A stretch of DNA of 56,899 nt from a virus (lineage: Duplodnaviria; Caudoviricetes): IMG/VR virus record IMGVR_UViG_3300021378_000028, positions 1 through 56,899 of that record; one strand, written 5' to 3'. Position 1 is the stretch's first letter; each line of letters opens with the position of its first letter. Shown here piece after piece: positions 1-9,144 of this stretch. The notes below the pieces were generated by a model, which saw only the letters and a list, made by a program, of their open reading frames with translations, was not told the origin of the DNA and searched no databases. The position numbers were made by a program, and so were the translations under genes.

Positions 1-131
1 TGTTGTTGCCCAGCGCGAGCCACATCCGCCATAGCGGCGTCAATCACCGACTGCTCGTATGGGTTCATGTAATCGCCAATAGCTGACGGATCAAACTCTG
101 CCGCAGACCCTTGAAGGCCGGATATACCAGC
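1..131. repeat. Terminal direct repeat / circular assembly overlap (copy 1)
   Basis: 1-131 is identical to 56769-56899 except one mismatch (127 C vs 56895 G). Confidence 0.95.
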
Positions 132-1004
132 CTGTGCCGCGCTTAAACCAAACTGGCCTAGCTCGTCAGCCGCACTACCAGCCTTTAAAATGTTCTGCGC
201 GGTCTGCTGCCCTTGGCTTTCCATGCGCTGCCCGTATTCAGGCAACTGTTCCAATGCCCCAAGACCTACGCCCTCGGCCTTTCGACCTAAATTCATTACG
301 TCTGCGCCTGCACCCATACCTGCGCGTTGTGCTAACGCACCAATGTCTTGGATGTCAGAAGCCGATCCAGTCAAAGCAGATTGTCCTGCCCCAACCTGAC
401 CTAGAATATTTTGTGCGGTTTCCTGCCCAGCTTGTACGCCCATGTTTGAAGCGTCTGCTATTCCGCGAACTCCACCCGCCGCAGCAAGTTCACCACGTTG
501 CCCAGCTTCTATTACGCCTTGACGGCCTAGCGCAGCAACATCTACTCCGGCTTGAGCAGCCGCTTGTACTTCAGGAATTGCACCTTGTAATTGCTCAACA
601 GCAAAATCACGATAAGGAACAGCCCCAGTATATGAGTCCGTCACCATTTGCTGCGCCGCAGCTAACGGGTTGTACCCCTGCTGCATTGTTTGCAACGCAG
701 TACCAAGGCCCGTGACCCCCGCTCCTACGCTTCCGGCTCCCGCTTGTAGCATTGGCAAGTACGAACCAACCCCAGATTGCGCTAATTGCGTTGCTTGTGT
801 TTGAAGAGGAGTTCTGCCTGCAACCTGTCGGTTAGGCATTTGAAGGTCAGCAAGTTGTTGGTCGGTTAATTGTCCCGAACGAGCTTGGTACTGACGCATT
901 GCCTCGTCGAGAATCCCAGTATAGTTGGGATCCGCCGTAGACATATAGTTTTTCATCCAATCAGGAATATCCTGAATGCTTGTTTGTGTACTACCTTCGG
1001 CCAT
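1..1004 (-). CDS. 5' part of Gly/Gln/Ala/Met-rich internal virion (ejection/DNA-transfer) protein spanning the contig junction
   Basis: ATG at 1004 overlaps the upstream stop (TAATG); reads MAEGSTQTSIQDIPDWMKNY... and runs off the window end in frame with ORF 55649..56836 through the overlap (about 707 aa joined); absent from the ORF track. Confidence 0.8.
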   Translation of the reverse strand, partial: MAEGSTQTSIQDIPDWMKNYMSTADPNYTGILDEAMRQYQARSGQLTDQQLADLQMPNRQVAGRTPLQTQATQLAQSGVGSYLPMLQAGAGSVGAGVTGLGTALQTMQQGYNPLAAAQQMVTDSYTGAVPYRDFAVEQLQGAIPEVQAAAQAGVDVAALGRQGVIEAGQRGELAAAGGVRGIADASNMGVQAGQETAQNILGQVGAGQSALTGSASDIQDIGALAQRAGMGAGADVMNLGRKAEGVGLGALEQLPEYGQRMESQGQQTAQNILKAGSAADELGQFGLSAAQAGISGLQGSAAEFDPSAIGDYMNPYEQSVIDAAMADVARAGQQ

Positions 1005-1810
1005 TATGCTGCACCTCGCTCAAAATCTCGCATCATGGCGTACATTTTAGCCGCGCCCTGCTCTCGATTACCGTTTCCTGCGCCTTTAACTGCGCGTTCT
1101 GTCATTACAAATTCACCATCAGACAACGCGGCGTCCTGCACAGGCTGTCCATCTTGGTATATCGTAGCCGGAATAGAATCGCTGCGCCCCGTCCCTGGGC
1201 CCTCGATGTATCCACCTTGGGCAAAACCATCAGAACGCGGAGGCAAGCCATCAGGGTATTCAAATTGATGCTTGCGCCTAAACATTTCTTCGTATTCGTC
1301 TCGGGCCTCTGGAGTGCTAAAGCGTCTTCCAGTATATCTATCGACATACAACTCTTGATTTAAACCGCTCTTTGGTTTCGTAAGCTCCTCAACCGCACCA
1401 AGGGCCGTGAGCCCCGTATAAAGCATCATCGGATTACCTCCGAGAACCTTGTCCATAATACCTTTTTCAGCAACCTTCTGTGAGCCTTGAGCTAAGAGGT
1501 TAGCTTGCGTTGTGCCTTGTATTGCTTGAGCCGCTGCTTGTTGAGTTGCCATCTGTTGCAAACCAGCCTGCGTACCTAAACCAAGAGATCCAAACCCTCC
1601 GGTAATTGCGCTTCCAATTCCAGAGCCTTGTATCGCAGGACCAAAGACCTTGGCTCCAACTCCAGCAATCAAAGCGTCTTTAATAGCGTCTTTAGGTTTC
1701 TTCTTATCAATGATTAAACCGCCCAAGCCGGATCCAATGGCCGAGGCTACCGCTCCACCGCCGGGAATTAATAACCCCGCTATGCCACCTAATATAGATC
1801 CTAAACTCAT
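1004..1810 (-). CDS. Putative internal virion/pilot protein
   Basis: Gly-rich hydrophobic N-terminus; C-terminal GGYIEGPGTGRSDSIPA...LSDGEFVM motif typical of phage ejection/tape-measure-associated domains; first gene of the ejection cluster. Confidence 0.6.
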   Translation of the reverse strand: MSLGSILGGIAGLLIPGGGAVASAIGSGLGGLIIDKKKPKDAIKDALIAGVGAKVFGPAIQGSGIGSAITGGFGSLGLGTQAGLQQMATQQAAAQAIQGTTQANLLAQGSQKVAEKGIMDKVLGGNPMMLYTGLTALGAVEELTKPKSGLNQELYVDRYTGRRFSTPEARDEYEEMFRRKHQFEYPDGLPPRSDGFAQGGYIEGPGTGRSDSIPATIYQDGQPVQDAALSDGEFVMTERAVKGAGNGNREQGAAKMYAMMRDFERGAA

Positions 1811-2031
1811 TACGCTTCCCCTTTGATAGCTTCAGGCGCGGTCACAGTAATCATCGTGCTACGTTTTTCTGCGCCTGTCCAAGCCTGTCCACAATCGGGA
1901 CAATTACCATCAGGGTAGCTTGCAATTTCTTCCGGCGTGTCAACCGCGTTCGTACAGTTCACACAATGGACTGTATCAGAACTTGTCGAAGGTTTCCAGC
2001 GGGAGCCGTCTGGCATTATAATTACACTCAT
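1810..2031 (-). CDS. Small Zn-ribbon protein
   Basis: CVNC...CPDC pair; coupled overlaps with both neighbours. Confidence 0.65.
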   Translation of the reverse strand: MSVIIMPDGSRWKPSTSSDTVHCVNCTNAVDTPEEIASYPDGNCPDCGQAWTGAEKRSTMITVTAPEAIKGEA

Positions 2032-2321
2032 GTTGTCACCGTTACTGTTCCGACAGAGCCCGTAGCTTGTGAACCACGAACATACGGAGAATAAGCTAAG
2101 GGCACTCTAACATAACCATCATGGTTAAAGATAGCCCCCGGCTCCAGTCCGCTGTCATCTGTTTGAAGATTAGTAAATACCGCAAAAGTATTGCGCCCCT
2201 CCCCCGGGTTCTGCATCTGCTCCAAGTATACAGAAAACGCACGAACAATCTCTGCTAGATATTGCTGGTCATACTCTTTCGGAGCAACAGGAAAGAAAGG
2301 AAGGACAAGGTTACGAGACAT
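2028..2321 (-). CDS. Hypothetical virion protein
   Basis: Likely start MSRNLVLPFFP at a TAATG overlap; C-terminal ATGSVGTVTVTT motif shared with 9145..10245 and 11612..11911. Confidence 0.6.
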   Translation of the reverse strand: MSRNLVLPFFPVAPKEYDQQYLAEIVRAFSVYLEQMQNPGEGRNTFAVFTNLQTDDSGLEPGAIFNHDGYVRVPLAYSPYVRGSQATGSVGTVTVTT

Positions 2322-4471
2322 TAACGCATCCCGTCTGGCTGTATATCCACCCTCGGTGAACCCAGCCGCCACGTTGTGCCTGCATCCGTTGTTTCGATCT
2401 TAAAGGCAAACGATCTACCCCTTAGTCGAACATGCACTTGCTCAGTAAACTGCTCCACCGGAACAGTTGCAGTTTTCTCCACGACCTTTGCGTTAGTCTG
2501 CAAGTAATTACCACCAGGGAAATTACGAGTCTTGAGCGTCATCGTGGCCTGTGGAGTTTGATTGGTGCTGTCGCGGAATGTTAGGTCAGGAATCATACGA
2601 CGCAAGAATGCAAACTGATCCCCCTCGCCTAGATCCATCTGGCTACTCTCGATGTACGCACTGATACCACTAGCTGGGTTTGTACTACCGTCGTCAAAAC
2701 CCTGCTCCTGATAATACAAGACATGATCCGATGCCGCTGCAACGGGCAGATCCTCTACACCCCGATCCAACCAGCATGTACGGTTTAACGACCCATAATA
2801 CCAGATCTGCTGCTGGTAGTTGTACACAACGTAGCTGTCGTTTTCAGTGCTAGAAGCCGATGGATAGAACCACCAAACCTCAGAAAATGCTGTGTTCGTG
2901 CCCGCTGTAACTTTTTCAAGCTGATCGGAGTTAATGTTGCTAAACACATAGTCCCGAACAGTACACGGCAACCGCTGTACCGCACCGCCGTAGACATAAA
3001 ACTCTTCGGCGCCCATCCAATACACGTTGTCCTCAACCGCAATAGACGCCAACGGACCAGCAATCGTGATGTTTTCAGACACAGTATTGATACCAAAGGT
3101 AAATGGTGGCCCAAGGAACTGCATCGCATGCAGCGATACATCCGTAAATACCAGTACCTGCTGTCGTGTTTCAACAGCCGTAATGATCTCGGACCCAGAA
3201 CCGAGGCGCAAGTCCCCAGCCGTATTGGTCGCCGTAGCGTTCCACTCGGTTAAAGAAGCTTGGTCCGAGAACCGTATGAGCAACGGATCCTGAACCCCAG
3301 GATTAAGCTCACTGTCGCAACCAAACGCGATGATGTGCCGATCACGGTCCGAAACCAGAACCTTTTTAGCTATAATCGGAGTAGTGTTGGCACCTGTTAA
3401 CGAAGCAAGTTCCACGGCTCTTGTGCTTGTGCCGTTGGTTTTGTCCCAATAGAATAAATCGCCGTCGCGCACGTTTATAAGCAGATCCTCACCAAAGTTA
3501 TCATGCGACCAAATGCGAAGGGTTTGACCCGATGTGGTTAGGTTTGCAGCACTGTCCCAAGCTCCGCGACCCCACGTTCCCGCGCCCCAACCCGCGCCCG
3601 TAATTGTCGTGTCAAGGCCCGTGTTGATCTGGTATGCGCCCACGACACTAGAGCCGCCGTTCCCGCTGTCACTTGTTGACGCGAAAACAAAACCGCTAGA
3701 AACGACTCCTGTAACAGGGTCTGTAACGGTAGGAACCAAGCCTGATGAGGTAGTTATACTAGGGATGGTAGAAACCACTCGAGCTTCAATTAAGTAAGAA
3801 TTAACATTTAAAACAGACGTAATTTGATATTCTTGGTTTAAAATGGCGGCTGTTATATTGTCCCCCAACGTAACAGCACCTGAAAACGTTACAAAGTCGG
3901 ACTCTAAAGCGCCATGGGCAGCATCTGTTACTGTAATTGTTGCACATAAAACTGCGGCACCAGAACTGTGTGCTGCTGGTGTGGTGAGTGATTGGCCTCG
4001 TAAACAACCCTGTAATACGTTGCTTGATATAGCAGCATAAGTAATTATTTCGTTGTTTATTTTTATGCGTCCAGATTCTGGGAAACCTGTGGACGAAGAT
4101 AATGTGATCTCGTCGGCATCAATAGCCACATCCGCATTTAAAGTATTCGCCGCAGCAGAAAACGTCACATCTCCCGCAGACGTAGTGACTCGGATCGGAG
4201 TAATATCGTTATATCCACCGCCCTCGTTTATGTAATACTTTAAGTGCGTACCAACGCCCAAGTACCGCTCACCTTGGAGCGCGACCCATGGATGCAATGC
4301 ACGGCATGTACCTAAAAAGTAGGTGGAAGAACTAGGCTCCCACCCACCTATTTTTTCTGGAAAACCAAACCGAAACCTAACCTTATCCATATCAAACCAC
4401 CCGCCCTCATTAGAGTACGACGTAGTTTCACGGTTAATTCCTGGTCGGAACTGGAGCTTGGTCAGAGGCAT
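2321..4471 (-). CDS. Tail nozzle / tail tubular protein B-like (DNA stabilization protein)
   Basis: 716 aa, beta-rich; MPLTKLQFRPGI start and WRLGSPRVDIQPDG end typical of podovirus tail proteins; lies between fibre and ejection genes. Confidence 0.7.
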   Translation of the reverse strand: MPLTKLQFRPGINRETTSYSNEGGWFDMDKVRFRFGFPEKIGGWEPSSSTYFLGTCRALHPWVALQGERYLGVGTHLKYYINEGGGYNDITPIRVTTSAGDVTFSAAANTLNADVAIDADEITLSSSTGFPESGRIKINNEIITYAAISSNVLQGCLRGQSLTTPAAHSSGAAVLCATITVTDAAHGALESDFVTFSGAVTLGDNITAAILNQEYQITSVLNVNSYLIEARVVSTIPSITTSSGLVPTVTDPVTGVVSSGFVFASTSDSGNGGSSVVGAYQINTGLDTTITGAGWGAGTWGRGAWDSAANLTTSGQTLRIWSHDNFGEDLLINVRDGDLFYWDKTNGTSTRAVELASLTGANTTPIIAKKVLVSDRDRHIIAFGCDSELNPGVQDPLLIRFSDQASLTEWNATATNTAGDLRLGSGSEIITAVETRQQVLVFTDVSLHAMQFLGPPFTFGINTVSENITIAGPLASIAVEDNVYWMGAEEFYVYGGAVQRLPCTVRDYVFSNINSDQLEKVTAGTNTAFSEVWWFYPSASSTENDSYVVYNYQQQIWYYGSLNRTCWLDRGVEDLPVAAASDHVLYYQEQGFDDGSTNPASGISAYIESSQMDLGEGDQFAFLRRMIPDLTFRDSTNQTPQATMTLKTRNFPGGNYLQTNAKVVEKTATVPVEQFTEQVHVRLRGRSFAFKIETTDAGTTWRLGSPRVDIQPDGMR

Positions 4472-4488
4472 TCGGTACTCCCAGCATC

Positions 4489-4713
4489 TTATTCGGCGGC
4501 TACGTCCGTTGTATCATCTTCCAACGACGCTGTCAGCATATCCATAAAGGCTTGTTTGCCGACTTGCAGTTGGTCGAGGTTAAACTGCGCCGAACCCATT
4601 TTCCGGTCCAAGTCAGCGATGTGGTTAATCATCACCTTCTGTTGATCCGTCAGTTGGTCTTCAGTGTAGTCTGTGCCGTTGATCGAAATGGTTTTTGTTT
4701 GTTTCTCAGCCAT
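4489..4713 (-). CDS. Small coiled-coil protein, tail-fibre associated
   Basis: ORF with GGAG RBS, downstream of the tail fibre. Confidence 0.6.
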   Translation of the reverse strand: MAEKQTKTISINGTDYTEDQLTDQQKVMINHIADLDRKMGSAQFNLDQLQVGKQAFMDMLTASLEDDTTDVAAE

Positions 4714-4740
4714 CGTGATCTCCTTTAGTTTAAGTTAAAA

Positions 4741-5088
4741 TTAGCTCCAAGGAACCCCAGAAGCGGTGGTTGCAGCGCGGTCAATTTGGCCTTGTACTTT
4801 AGCAGTACGGTTGGCCTCAACGCGAGCTTTGGCTTCATCGGCGGTTTCATCACCTTCGATCAAGCTGTTGTAGACCCAACCAAGCACAGTGGCTTCTGTG
4901 AGGTCAGCGTATGGAACGAAGTCGGAGCTTGATGCGTCATATGTACAACGCAGCTTGCCGCCTTCTGTGGCGCTATAGGATGGCGTACCATCGCTTTGTG
5001 CGACCAGCGACCAGTAGACGAGGAATACACCACCGTCTGAGTCTTTATGCGTCATGTCATTGACGCTCCAAGTACAAGTAATAGCCAT
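4741..5088 (-). CDS. Putative tail-fibre assembly/chaperone protein
   Basis: FVPYADLTEATVLGWV...GVPW motif common in small genes following tail fibres; AAGGAG RBS. Confidence 0.6.
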   Translation of the reverse strand: MAITCTWSVNDMTHKDSDGGVFLVYWSLVAQSDGTPSYSATEGGKLRCTYDASSSDFVPYADLTEATVLGWVYNSLIEGDETADEAKARVEANRTAKVQGQIDRAATTASGVPWS

Positions 5089-5135
5089 TGTTTGTTTCTC
5101 CTTTATGGCTGGGGGTTAAGCGTTTTTGAGTTCCG

Positions 5136-5423
5136 CTACACGGGAACTCGACCATCAAATTGTTCCGCATCACGTTCTACACGGGTTTGGTAATCATCTC
5201 TTGCTGTCACGAGCGCAATAAAATCAGCCTTGTTGCTGGGGATAGGGTCAGTAAAACTATCATCGTTCATAAGTTGCTGCGTCCAGTTTTGCTGCATACG
5301 CTTCCAACAGTTATTGGTCTTGCCATCAACTGCGCCCTGCACCCAGTCTTGAATGTCCCTTAAATCGTTTAACAGAACCTTTTCGTCTGTATCGTTTATC
5401 GTAATTGTTACTGTAATCGCCAT
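5136..5423 (-). CDS. Hypothetical protein (tail-fibre associated)
   Basis: ORF with AAGGAG RBS directly after the fibre gene. Confidence 0.6.
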   Translation of the reverse strand: MAITVTITINDTDEKVLLNDLRDIQDWVQGAVDGKTNNCWKRMQQNWTQQLMNDDSFTDPIPSNKADFIALVTARDDYQTRVERDAEQFDGRVPV

Positions 5424-5460
5424 TTTTGTCTCCTTTATGACAGGGTTATTTCACCCGTGG

Positions 5461-8400
5461 TTAAGCTATGAGTGTTCCAGAAAGCCATGTGCCTGTGCCT
5501 ATGTCTACTTGTACTGCGCCACCACCCAAAACCACTCGCAGAAAGCATTGATCCCCAGTTTCCATATCCGCAATGACAGACCCATTAAGAACCATGTATG
5601 TGGGGTCCGCCGTGAACTTAGGCGATATAATCGTATCATAGACCCTGTTGCTGGTAACTAATCGCAGTTCGGTGTAAGCCGCCGCTGTGTCTACGTTTTT
5701 TAAATATACTGAATAAGAAAACAAATATTTACCGTCCAAAGGCGCAACATATACGTTAGAACCAAAATCACTGCCTTGGTCAAAGCGTTCAGCATCTAAA
5801 ACAACGGTTACGTTTGTGCTGACGGCAATGTCATTTTGTTGCGCCGTGTTGTACCCAAGGAAACAAGTCGTATTAGGTTTTGAAACATTTCCATCTCCGT
5901 ACACGTTCAGCAATGTATTTGCGTTGCTTTGACTGGACACTCTAAAAGAAGTTACATCACCATTATCACCCGCTCGTACCTTTAAGCCGTAGCCGTTTGA
6001 GGTGTGGGTATTATAAAATTGCGATAACCAATCGCCAGACACTTCTGCTTCAACGTCAAGCGTGTAGTTTGGATCACCGCTGTGACCTACACCCAAATCG
6101 TTATAAACAATCATGTCACCCGAAGTGCTTATTTGTACGTTATCTTGCGTTGTACCGTCACCAGTAACCGTTGCGAAAGTGGTAGAGGCCATGCGATAGC
6201 TGCTTGGGTTGCCGCTAAAGCGGATTTGTGCGCCATAACCAGAAGTGTATCCAAATTGAATTGTCGCCCCAGAGCCGCTAGAGGTGCCACTGTTGCGTAG
6301 AAATAATGAGGTCGGCGCTCCTCCACCATCGTTGGCATGGACAGTAAGTCCAGAACCGTAATTAAAGGAGCTACTACCAATACTTACTTTGTTGGCACTG
6401 GAATCGACAAACAGCATGTGGTCGTTGCTGTCGCTCTCGACGCGGAAGTCTAGGTCTACTCCTGCTTCGTTAAATACTGAACCAGTAGTATCTATTTCTA
6501 AATTGTTCGTGAAGGATACTGTCGCTCCTGCGGAACCAGAACCTGCGGTGTAAAACTCAATTCCATTTGCAAAATCAATTTTTGCCGCTCTGTTTGCTAT
6601 GTCATATGTGCTGTTGGCGCTACCAGAAACAGAGTTTATGTTAGAGCCTATGTACGCTTGTCCGTTTGAGTTATTTGCTTGGAATCCAACTTTTCTGTTA
6701 GAAGCATTAAACCGCGCTGATATGATCGAATTTGTATTATTTTCTTGAGCGACATCTAAGAGAGAAGTCGGGGAAGACTGATTAATTCCAATTCGGTTAT
6801 TACCAGCATCCAAAAACAGCATATGTGTGCTGCCATCACTCTCGACGCGGAAGTCGGTGTCTGCGCTGCTATTGTTGAAAACAGTTTCAACCTCAGATAA
6901 TTCTAATCTACCAGTAGCATTAGTAGAAAAAACCATCCTATCATCATTATGCGTGTACTGAACCATTCCTCTATAACGATCAGCACCTGAATCCCCATCA
7001 GCAAACATAAGGTAATTTGTTCCAGTAGTGCTTGCAGTGTTTCTAATGGTGATACCGCCGTTATCACCCACAGCTAAAACAAGGTTGGGTGAGTAGTATG
7101 AATTAGGGTTAGATAGACCCATCCCCACGACATTATTCCCCGCATCCACAAACAGCGCATGGGTGCTGCTGTCACTCTCGACGCGGAAGTCACGGTCTGC
7201 ACTACCCTCGTTAAAAATAACACCATCTGCACCATTACTCATATTCATGATTTCTGTAGCGTTAGTAACACCACCTGTGTTACTACCATCTGCATAAGCA
7301 ATTCCAAGTTGAGAACCATTAGCATATATATAGTAATCTTTGTCCTGACCTGTATCAGAAATTGCTATTGATGGATTAATTGTATCCTCTACAAATAAAA
7401 CTGTTTGACCATTTGCAAAAGATATTGGAGCACTAGAGTTTATTCCAACACCGTCAGTTCCACCATCCACAAACAGAGCAGCAGGGTGAGCATTACTCTC
7501 GACGCGGAAGTCTACGTCAGCAGACTGCTCGTTGATCACAAGCTCTGTATTCGCACTGACATACGCAAGACGCGGGTTTCCATCACCGTCAGACAAGACG
7601 ATGTTGTTGTCACTATTACGAATATCTATGGTGTTTTGATTGCCGTCAAACCGACCTAGAATACTGTTCTTCGAACCGCCGACTATAACATCACCCGCTT
7701 GATGCCCGACAAACGTGTTGTAATTAGCGTTAGCCGAAGCCGTACCTGTTCCAGAACCAGCGCCCGTGGCTGTAAAAGAAACCCCAACACTATTCGAACC
7801 AGCGCCAATCAGGGTAAAGTCTGTCGTCCCAAGAGTTTGAATAGTGTAGTTTACCCCAGAAACAAGGGCGGTAGCTACGAGTACATCTCCAAGAACATTT
7901 CCTGCTTCATGACCAATAGCAGTGTTGTAAGCTGCACTAGCTAAATTTGTAAGCGAATCAGAACCTAAGCCAACGTTTTGAGAAGCAGAATTAACAGAAT
8001 TACCTAACGAACCAGAACCAACCCCGACATTGTCCGCTCCTGTTACATTATCAAGAGCATATGCTCCAACAGCAACGTTATCATCCCCTGTCACAAGAGC
8101 CGATAACGCGTTAGAACCAACAGCAACGTTTAAATTACCGCCCGAAGCAAGCGCGTCCCCCGCTGCATCCCCCAGAGCAACGTTGTTGGTTCCAGTAGGA
8201 TAATTCCCATCCAGCTTGATCGTGCCGCCATCGACGGACAGGTTGCCAGCTACAGTAACACCGTCTGATGTAACAGTTCCGTCCACGTTAAGTGAGGTAT
8301 TAAGGTCCACGGCTCCCGTAACTGTAAGAGCCGCTGTATCAATCGTCATAGCCGTAGACGCATCAATATCAACAGTCGGAGCAACAATCTCAATTTCAGT

Positions 8401-9135
8401 ATCCGCGTCAATGTCAAGCTTACCATCGGCAGAAGAGCTAATCTTTAAAGCAGTGTCGCGGAACTGAAGTTCATCAGTCGTTGTCATCTGGATGTTTGTG
8501 CCACCAGTCGTGTTGCCGTTAGCCAGAACCTCGGCAAGCGTATCCTGTGCCGCGGCCTTGTCATCAACATATTTCTTAATGGACTGCTGTGTCGCTAATG
8601 CAGTTGCGCTGTCGGAAGACATATTGTCTTCGTCTAAAATCGCAGTGACCGACACACCACCCAAGCGTAGGCTATCAAAAAACGCGTTGTTAAAGACGTT
8701 CGCCGCTACCGCGCCAGTTCCAGCCCCGTTGAAAAACACAACCGCTGTCGTACCCGCAGGCACCTCGTAATCATTACTCGCGCTATATGTTCCTTGAAAC
8801 AACAAGATGCTGCGCGAACCAGACAGGTTATTGCGCACATAAATAATCTTTTCCGCGTCATTCGGAGTAAGCTGCACAAACGCAGTGCCGCCCAAATCCC
8901 CGCCATCGCCAAAAATAACCAAACGATTACGTCCATTAGAAGACGCGCCATCGCTGATTGGCAACGTATTAGGAGAACCAGAAGACCCCGTTGAAGTCAG
9001 ACTTATCGATACCTGACCGTCAAGCGCGGTATCAACAAGTTGAAAGTTAATGTTTGTTGTATCGCCCCATGTGCCGGACTGTTCACCTGTGCCAATGAGC
9101 TCGATACCGTTATTTAATGTATATGTACTAGGCAT
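5461..9135 (-). CDS. Long tail fibre / receptor-binding protein with C-terminal C1q-like head
   Basis: 1224 aa Gly/Ser/Asn/Thr-rich; NxAxG beta-roll repeats; four DFRVES...H.LF.D modules; C-terminal FDQGSDF...YVAPLDGKYLFS motif of C1q-like domains. Confidence 0.8.
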   Translation of the reverse strand: MPSTYTLNNGIELIGTGEQSGTWGDTTNINFQLVDTALDGQVSISLTSTGSSGSPNTLPISDGASSNGRNRLVIFGDGGDLGGTAFVQLTPNDAEKIIYVRNNLSGSRSILLFQGTYSASNDYEVPAGTTAVVFFNGAGTGAVAANVFNNAFFDSLRLGGVSVTAILDEDNMSSDSATALATQQSIKKYVDDKAAAQDTLAEVLANGNTTGGTNIQMTTTDELQFRDTALKISSSADGKLDIDADTEIEIVAPTVDIDASTAMTIDTAALTVTGAVDLNTSLNVDGTVTSDGVTVAGNLSVDGGTIKLDGNYPTGTNNVALGDAAGDALASGGNLNVAVGSNALSALVTGDDNVAVGAYALDNVTGADNVGVGSGSLGNSVNSASQNVGLGSDSLTNLASAAYNTAIGHEAGNVLGDVLVATALVSGVNYTIQTLGTTDFTLIGAGSNSVGVSFTATGAGSGTGTASANANYNTFVGHQAGDVIVGGSKNSILGRFDGNQNTIDIRNSDNNIVLSDGDGNPRLAYVSANTELVINEQSADVDFRVESNAHPAALFVDGGTDGVGINSSAPISFANGQTVLFVEDTINPSIAISDTGQDKDYYIYANGSQLGIAYADGSNTGGVTNATEIMNMSNGADGVIFNEGSADRDFRVESDSSTHALFVDAGNNVVGMGLSNPNSYYSPNLVLAVGDNGGITIRNTASTTGTNYLMFADGDSGADRYRGMVQYTHNDDRMVFSTNATGRLELSEVETVFNNSSADTDFRVESDGSTHMLFLDAGNNRIGINQSSPTSLLDVAQENNTNSIISARFNASNRKVGFQANNSNGQAYIGSNINSVSGSANSTYDIANRAAKIDFANGIEFYTAGSGSAGATVSFTNNLEIDTTGSVFNEAGVDLDFRVESDSNDHMLFVDSSANKVSIGSSSFNYGSGLTVHANDGGGAPTSLFLRNSGTSSGSGATIQFGYTSGYGAQIRFSGNPSSYRMASTTFATVTGDGTTQDNVQISTSGDMIVYNDLGVGHSGDPNYTLDVEAEVSGDWLSQFYNTHTSNGYGLKVRAGDNGDVTSFRVSSQSNANTLLNVYGDGNVSKPNTTCFLGYNTAQQNDIAVSTNVTVVLDAERFDQGSDFGSNVYVAPLDGKYLFSYSVYLKNVDTAAAYTELRLVTSNRVYDTIISPKFTADPTYMVLNGSVIADMETGDQCFLRVVLGGGAVQVDIGTGTWLSGTLIA
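6434..7512. repeat. Four exact 17-nt repeats CTCTCGACGCGGAAGTC inside the tail fibre
   Basis: Copies at 6434-6450, 6839-6855, 7175-7191 and 7496-7512; encode DFRVES. Confidence 0.9.
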
Positions 9136-9144
9136 GTTTTTATC

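Noticed and set aside
1-131. Biological direct terminal repeat
   Set aside because: It falls in the middle of a coding gene and its length fits an assembler overlap
134-1363. Plus-strand ORFs 134..715, 190..399, 870..1268, 980..1363
   Set aside because: Shadows of the minus-strand ejection genes
5461-9135. Diversity-generating retroelement or invertase acting on the tail fibre
   Set aside because: No reverse transcriptase or recombinase gene and no template/variable repeat pair seen; repeats are short and direct
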